This document shows, piece by piece, positions 62,401 to 64,000 of a stretch of 64,000 bases of DNA; within the stretch, counting starts at the first letter, position 1, and the number at the start of each line of letters is the position of its first letter. Below the pieces are notes generated by a model that made no database searches, had not been told where the DNA came from, and saw nothing but the letters and a program-made list of their open reading frames with translations. The DNA lies in the NCBI GenBank assembly GCA_951406725.2, contig OX597827.1, positions 52,948,001 through 53,012,000 of the forward strand, read 5' to 3'. A program made the translations under genes and the position numbers. This DNA is from Octopus vulgaris (taxonomy: Eukaryota).

Positions 62401-62701
62401 TGTGTTTATTGACTCTCTTCAAAAAACACACCATCAACGGAGAGTACAAAGCCAACTTGCTATGCCATAATTGACTTACCCCCTCCCCCAAAATTGCTGG
62501 CCTTGTGCCAAAATTTGAAACCAATATTGCATTGCTTATGTTTATATAATATTTCTCTACTTTCTTCATTAATCTTCAGTAACTTATTTCATTCTTTAAC
62601 AAGGACATCAAGAAAAACATAAAGAAGAACTGGGAAAATGCTGTTCAAAAGGGACTGGATCTTGTTCTTGATAAGGGTAATGTGAAGGACGTACCTGACA
62701 A
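20407..62701 (+). CDS. HPS1: Hermansky-Pudlak syndrome 1 protein (BLOC-3 subunit, tri-longin Rab32/38 GEF), spliced: join(20407..20526,45239..45382,48433..48554,50294..50402,51454..51605,52772..53483,55408..55513,56325..56416,58412..58639,60211..60381,62604..62701); continues beyond the right edge
   Basis: Eleven GT-AG exons with mutually compatible phases. Motifs match HPS1: [110 protein letters not shown]. Confidence 0.9.
21875..22330. repeat. (TA)n/(TACA)n compound microsatellite followed by a 36-bp minisatellite x3
   Basis: Visible directly; the CCTCTCACTCTACATACACACACACACATACAAATA unit lies at 22229-22330. Confidence 0.95.
22725..23010 (-). mobile_element. Family B tRNA-derived SINE (degenerate)
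   Basis: Reverse-complement similarity to the copy at 33650-34033. Confidence 0.75.
23018..23357 (+). mobile_element. Family A retroposon with a 5' tandem repeat array
   Basis: GTGGCA(C/T)GTAAAAAGCACC unit starts recur four times before the family A tail. Confidence 0.85.
23380..24040 (+). mobile_element. Highly decayed RTE LINE 3' fragment
   Basis: Colinear with 18700-19320 (GGCAGAATGTATGATGCTTGT, AAGTGCCAAGCAATC). Confidence 0.6.
24068..24441 (-). mobile_element. Family D tRNA-derived SINE, young copy
   Basis: The minus strand begins GTGGAGGCGCAATGGCCTAGCGGTTAGGGCAGCGGACTCG..GGTTTCGATTCCC (A and B boxes), has a CpG-rich body and ends in an A tail. Confidence 0.8.
25063..25257 (+). mobile_element. 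Family A retroposon
   Basis: Near-identical to 7682-7872. Confidence 0.85.
26037..26652 (-). mobile_element. Family B SINE interrupted by a family C SINE (26406-26620)
   Basis: 19-bp TSD TTGGAAAGCAAGCTTCTTA at 26387-26405 and 26621-26639. Confidence 0.85.
27941..28281. repeat. Fold-back insertion: about 138-bp inverted arms (27941-28223) plus a 58-nt tail, with a 12-bp TSD
   Basis: The arms differ at about nine positions around a very short loop; ACTATCAGTTAA lies at 27929-27940 and 28282-28293. Confidence 0.9.
28549..28890 (+). mobile_element. Family B SINE
   Basis: GTGGCTGT..GTAAGAAG..GGGTTCAG..GGATTTGGTAGACAGAAACTGAAAGAAGCCC..GACTGAAACAAGTAAAA. Confidence 0.8.
28924..29178 (+). mobile_element. 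tRNA-derived SINE related to family D; a related copy lies at 62905-63060 on the minus strand
   Basis: GTGGAGGCATGTGGCTTAGT..TTCGATTCC..CTTGAGCAAAACACTTTATTTCA..GCTCCAGTCCACTCAGCTGGC. Confidence 0.7.
29822..30052 (-). mobile_element. Family C SINE, full length
   Basis: The minus strand begins GGCGGTGAGCTGGCAGAAACGTTAG and has the same body as 26406-26620. Confidence 0.85.
30146..31825 (+). mobile_element. pogo/Tigger transposase pseudogene interrupted by a Tigger-type MITE (about 30394-31130)
   Basis: CENP-B-like start ([13 protein letters not shown]), then [41 protein letters not shown] and LQPID. The insert ends with the TIR GATAGTCAAGGGATTACTG-TA. Confidence 0.8.
30394..30927 (+). repeat. 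267-bp near-perfect tandem duplication
   Basis: AGATATAATGTTACACCTGAAATAGGG starts at both 30394 and 30661, with only a few substitutions between the copies. Confidence 0.92.
33650..34033 (+). mobile_element. Family B tRNA-derived SINE, full length
   Basis: GGCGTAGGAGTGGCTGTGTGGTAAG (A box), GGGTTCAATCCC (B box), internal TA/TG microsatellite, and a GACTGAAACAAGTAAAAGAG tail. Confidence 0.9.
34220..34580 (+). mobile_element. Family B SINE (older copy)
   Basis: Colinear with 33650-34033. Confidence 0.7.
35150..35910 (-). mobile_element. mariner transposase pseudogene
   Basis: ORFs 35577..35897 (WFEKF..WVPHKL) and 35286..35516 ([17 protein letters not shown]). Confidence 0.88.
36361..36470. 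repeat. (CCA)n/(CTA) trinucleotide microsatellite
   Basis: Directly visible. Confidence 0.95.
37643..38028 (+). mobile_element. Family B SINE
   Basis: Highly similar to 33650-34033. Confidence 0.88.
38422..38731. repeat. Fold-back insertion: 53-nt extension plus about 123-bp inverted arms (38475-38731), with a 9-bp TSD
   Basis: TTTGTAGTAAAGATTGTTTGCCAA...TTGGCAAACAATCTTTACTACAAA; TTTGGCAAT lies at 38413-38421 and 38732-38740. Confidence 0.88.
40373..40881 (-). mobile_element. mariner 5' half with TIR
   Basis: ORF 40438..40668 ([35 protein letters not shown]); TIR TTGGGTTGTCCGGAAAGTTTGTGCCGATTT on the minus strand next to TA. Confidence 0.88.
41677..42009 (-). mobile_element. CRE-like non-LTR 3' fragment
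   Basis: The ORF contains [34 protein letters not shown], homologous to 15557-16050. Confidence 0.75.
42741..43256. mobile_element. pogo/Tigger-type MITE
   Basis: TA-CCATAAATCCTTGAGTATAATCCGC...GCGGACTATACTCGAGGATTTACGG-TA. Confidence 0.85.
43787..44187. mobile_element. Old MITE with long imperfect TIRs
   Basis: CTGTAGAAAATCAC..GACATATAGTGCTAAAA..GAATATCAGTAG..GAATTGCTAAATC is mirrored at 44058-44187. Confidence 0.7.
45239..45382 (+). CDS. HPS1: HPS1 exon 2 ([48 protein letters not shown])
   Basis: 144 nt, ttctag acceptor and gtaagt donor, phase 0/0. Confidence 0.85.
46180..47101 (+). mobile_element. RTE LINE fragment (PHD finger plus RT end) and family A tail
   Basis: [30 protein letters not shown]; ORF 46421..46663 has [31 protein letters not shown]. 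Confidence 0.82.
47715..48066 (+). mobile_element. Family B SINE (5' truncated)
   Basis: Colinear with 33690-34033. Confidence 0.8.
48433..48554 (+). CDS. HPS1: HPS1 exon 3 ([40 protein letters not shown])
   Basis: 122 nt, ctag acceptor and gtgagt donor, phase 0/2; LFIAxNGDxTE motif. Confidence 0.92.
49085..49900. mobile_element. Family A tail (minus, 49085-49250) and RTE RT fragment (plus, about 49715-49900)
   Basis: [33 protein letters not shown] motif; reverse family A sequence. Confidence 0.65.
50294..50402 (+). CDS. HPS1: HPS1 exon 4 ([36 protein letters not shown])
   Basis: 109 nt, long pyrimidine tract with catag acceptor and gtatgt donor, phase 2/0. Confidence 0.92.
51454..51605 (+). 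CDS. HPS1: HPS1 exon 5 ([50 protein letters not shown])
   Basis: 152 nt, ttttcag acceptor and gtatgt donor, phase 0/2. Confidence 0.9.
51871..52070. repeat. About 68-bp inverted repeat with a spacer of about 62 nt (MITE-like hairpin) between (TA)n tracts in HPS1 intron 5
   Basis: AAAGAAAATTATTTCTATGCCAATATGTTGATAACAGACTTTTAAATCGT and its reverse complement. Confidence 0.88.
52772..53483 (+). CDS. HPS1: HPS1 exon 6 ([23 protein letters not shown] followed by the Q/E-rich tandem repeat region)
   Basis: 712 nt, caacag acceptor and gtttgt donor, phase 2/0; in frame with ORF 52869..53495. Confidence 0.85.
53981..55100 (+). mobile_element. Penelope-like retroelement 3' portion (RT thumb, GIY-YIG endonuclease, tRNA-like segment and hammerhead)
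   Basis: [25 protein letters not shown]; [11 protein letters not shown]; [46 protein letters not shown]; CTGATGA hammerhead core at 55013. Confidence 0.9.
55008..55053 (+). ncRNA. Degenerate type I minimal hammerhead ribozyme
   Basis: Stem I GACAC/GTGTC, core CTGATGA and stem II GGCTG/CAGCC. The expected GAAACG reads AAAATG, so this copy is probably inactive. Confidence 0.65.
55408..55513 (+). CDS. HPS1: HPS1 exon 7 ([35 protein letters not shown])
   Basis: 106 nt, tttgcag acceptor and gtaagc donor, phase 0/1. A low-complexity linker supported by splice sites and phase only. Confidence 0.7.
56325..56416 (+). CDS. HPS1: HPS1 exon 8 ([30 protein letters not shown])
   Basis: 92 nt, gtgtag acceptor and gtaggt donor, phase 1/0. 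Confidence 0.7.
58412..58639 (+). CDS. HPS1: HPS1 exon 9 (ASTEPK...[32 protein letters not shown])
   Basis: 228 nt, tttctag acceptor and gtaagc donor, phase 0/0; resumes the second longin domain. Confidence 0.87.
60211..60381 (+). CDS. HPS1: HPS1 exon 10 ([57 protein letters not shown])
   Basis: 171 nt open, ttccag acceptor and gtgagt donor, phase 0/0. Confidence 0.75.
60640..60930 (+). mobile_element. RTE-like LINE extreme 3' end
   Basis: [28 protein letters not shown] motif. Confidence 0.55.
61690..62455 (+). mobile_element. mariner (irritans-like) decayed 5' portion
   Basis: [55 protein letters not shown]; TIR-like TA-TGGGGTTGCGCTGAAAAATTC. Confidence 0.8.
62604..62701 (+). CDS. HPS1: HPS1 exon 11 ([32 protein letters not shown])
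   Basis: 98 nt open, aacaag acceptor and gtgagg donor, phase 0/2; boundaries less certain. Confidence 0.6.
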
Positions 62702-63215
62702 GTGAGGACTGATACATTTTTGCAGTTATTGTTTTGATGTTTTTGTATTGTTATATTTCACTAGGAATCATAAGAAGCTCCTAAACCTTGTACATTTCCA
62801 AAATATCTGGTATTTAATCTTACAATGAGCAGAAATGGGTTTTGTTTTATGAAAGATTTTTTTGATAGTGGGATAGGTAATTGTTTGAAGATGAGTATAA
62901 AAGTTGAAATACAGGTACAACTCATTTTAGCCAGCTGAGTGCACTGGAGCTACATGAAATAAAGTGTCTTGCTCAAGGACACAACACATCATTGGGAATC
63001 GAACTCACGACCTTACAATCGTGAGCCGAATGCCCTAACCACTAAGCCGCATGCCTTCACATATATATACAAATATAATGATCTATATAATCACATAATT
63101 ATTATATGAAAATGCATAATTAATTAATTTGGAGGAGATGAGACATGCATCAGTTTACCAGCTGATAATGATGATGATGATCATCATCATTGTTGAAAAT
63201 CCACCTTCCATGCTT

Positions 63216-63468
63216 GCCGGTGGCATGTAAAAAGCACCATCCAACCGTGTCCGTTTGCCAGCCTTGTATGGCACCTGTGCCAGTGGCATGTAAAAAGCAC
63301 CCACTACACTCACGGAGTGGTTGGCGTTAGGAAGGGCATCCAGCTGTAGAAACACTGCCAGATCAGACTGGGTCTGGTGCAGCCTTCAGCCTTCTGGCTT
63401 CCCAGACCTCTGTTGAACCATCCAACCCATGCTAGCATGGAGAGCAGACGTTAAACGATGATGATGAT
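63216..63468 (+). mobile_element. Family A retroposon with a duplicated 5' unit
   Basis: GTGGCATGTAAAAAGCACC occurs twice, followed by the family A tail. Confidence 0.85.
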
Positions 63469-64000
63469 GCTTGCATGGGTGGGATAGTTTCATGAGAGCT
63501 GGCCAGGCAGAAGCCTGCACGAGATTTCTGTGAATGTTTTGGTAGAATTTTTACAGCTGGGTTTCTAACACCAAACACTCAGCAGAGTGGACTTGGTGTT
63601 TTTTATTTACATGACACATGCACAGGTGAGATCAGTTTTGGCAAGGTTTTTACAGCTGAAATGCTGTAAAAGTGGCACCTGCACTGACAGGGTCACCAAA
63701 CACCTGCAAGACAAAAAAAAAATAAAAACACTTTCAAGAGACAAGGGGACATTGGAAGAAGTGATCTTGTATCAGATGATGAAAGGTTATAGTGAAGCAG
63801 AAATATAGAAATAGGTGTCTTGCTGTAGAGGAAGTATAAGGTTGCCCTGCTGGAGACAGAGAGAGAGAGATCAGGAATGAAGGCAGAAACAAGTGCACTA
63901 CCACAAAGGGAATACATGGTTACCCAGCCTGAGGAAAGTGGAGGAGAAAGAGAGAGAGAGAGAGAGTGGGAGACAGCAGGATAGAGATGGTGGCAAAATA

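Overview
AT-rich, microsatellite- and transposon-dense animal genomic DNA. The repeat families look like those of an octopus or other coleoid cephalopod (inference, no database search run). Manual splicing recovers two divergently transcribed, intron-rich genes that the ORF track mostly misses. (1) A PCGF1-type Polycomb RING-finger/RAWUL gene on the minus strand has six clear exons at 350-8174, a likely 16-nt start micro-exon at 14208-14223, and a last exon beyond the left edge. (2) An HPS1 (BLOC-3 subunit) gene on the plus strand has 11 phase-compatible exons at 20407-62701 and runs off the right edge. Its first intron is 24.7 kb and exon 6 carries a large Gln/Glu-rich tandem repeat. The rest is decayed mariner/Tc1/pogo/hAT transposons, MITEs, RTE, CRE-like and Penelope retroelements, and at least four SINE-like families. 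I see no unambiguous new multi-gene system. The best leads are a Penelope element whose 3' end carries a tRNA-like Pol III promoter followed by a hammerhead ribozyme, two unrelated TSD-flanked asymmetric fold-back insertions with the same architecture, the Q-rich expansion in HPS1, and a PHD finger inside an RTE reverse transcriptase. Repeat boundaries are approximate and homology calls rest on motif recognition.
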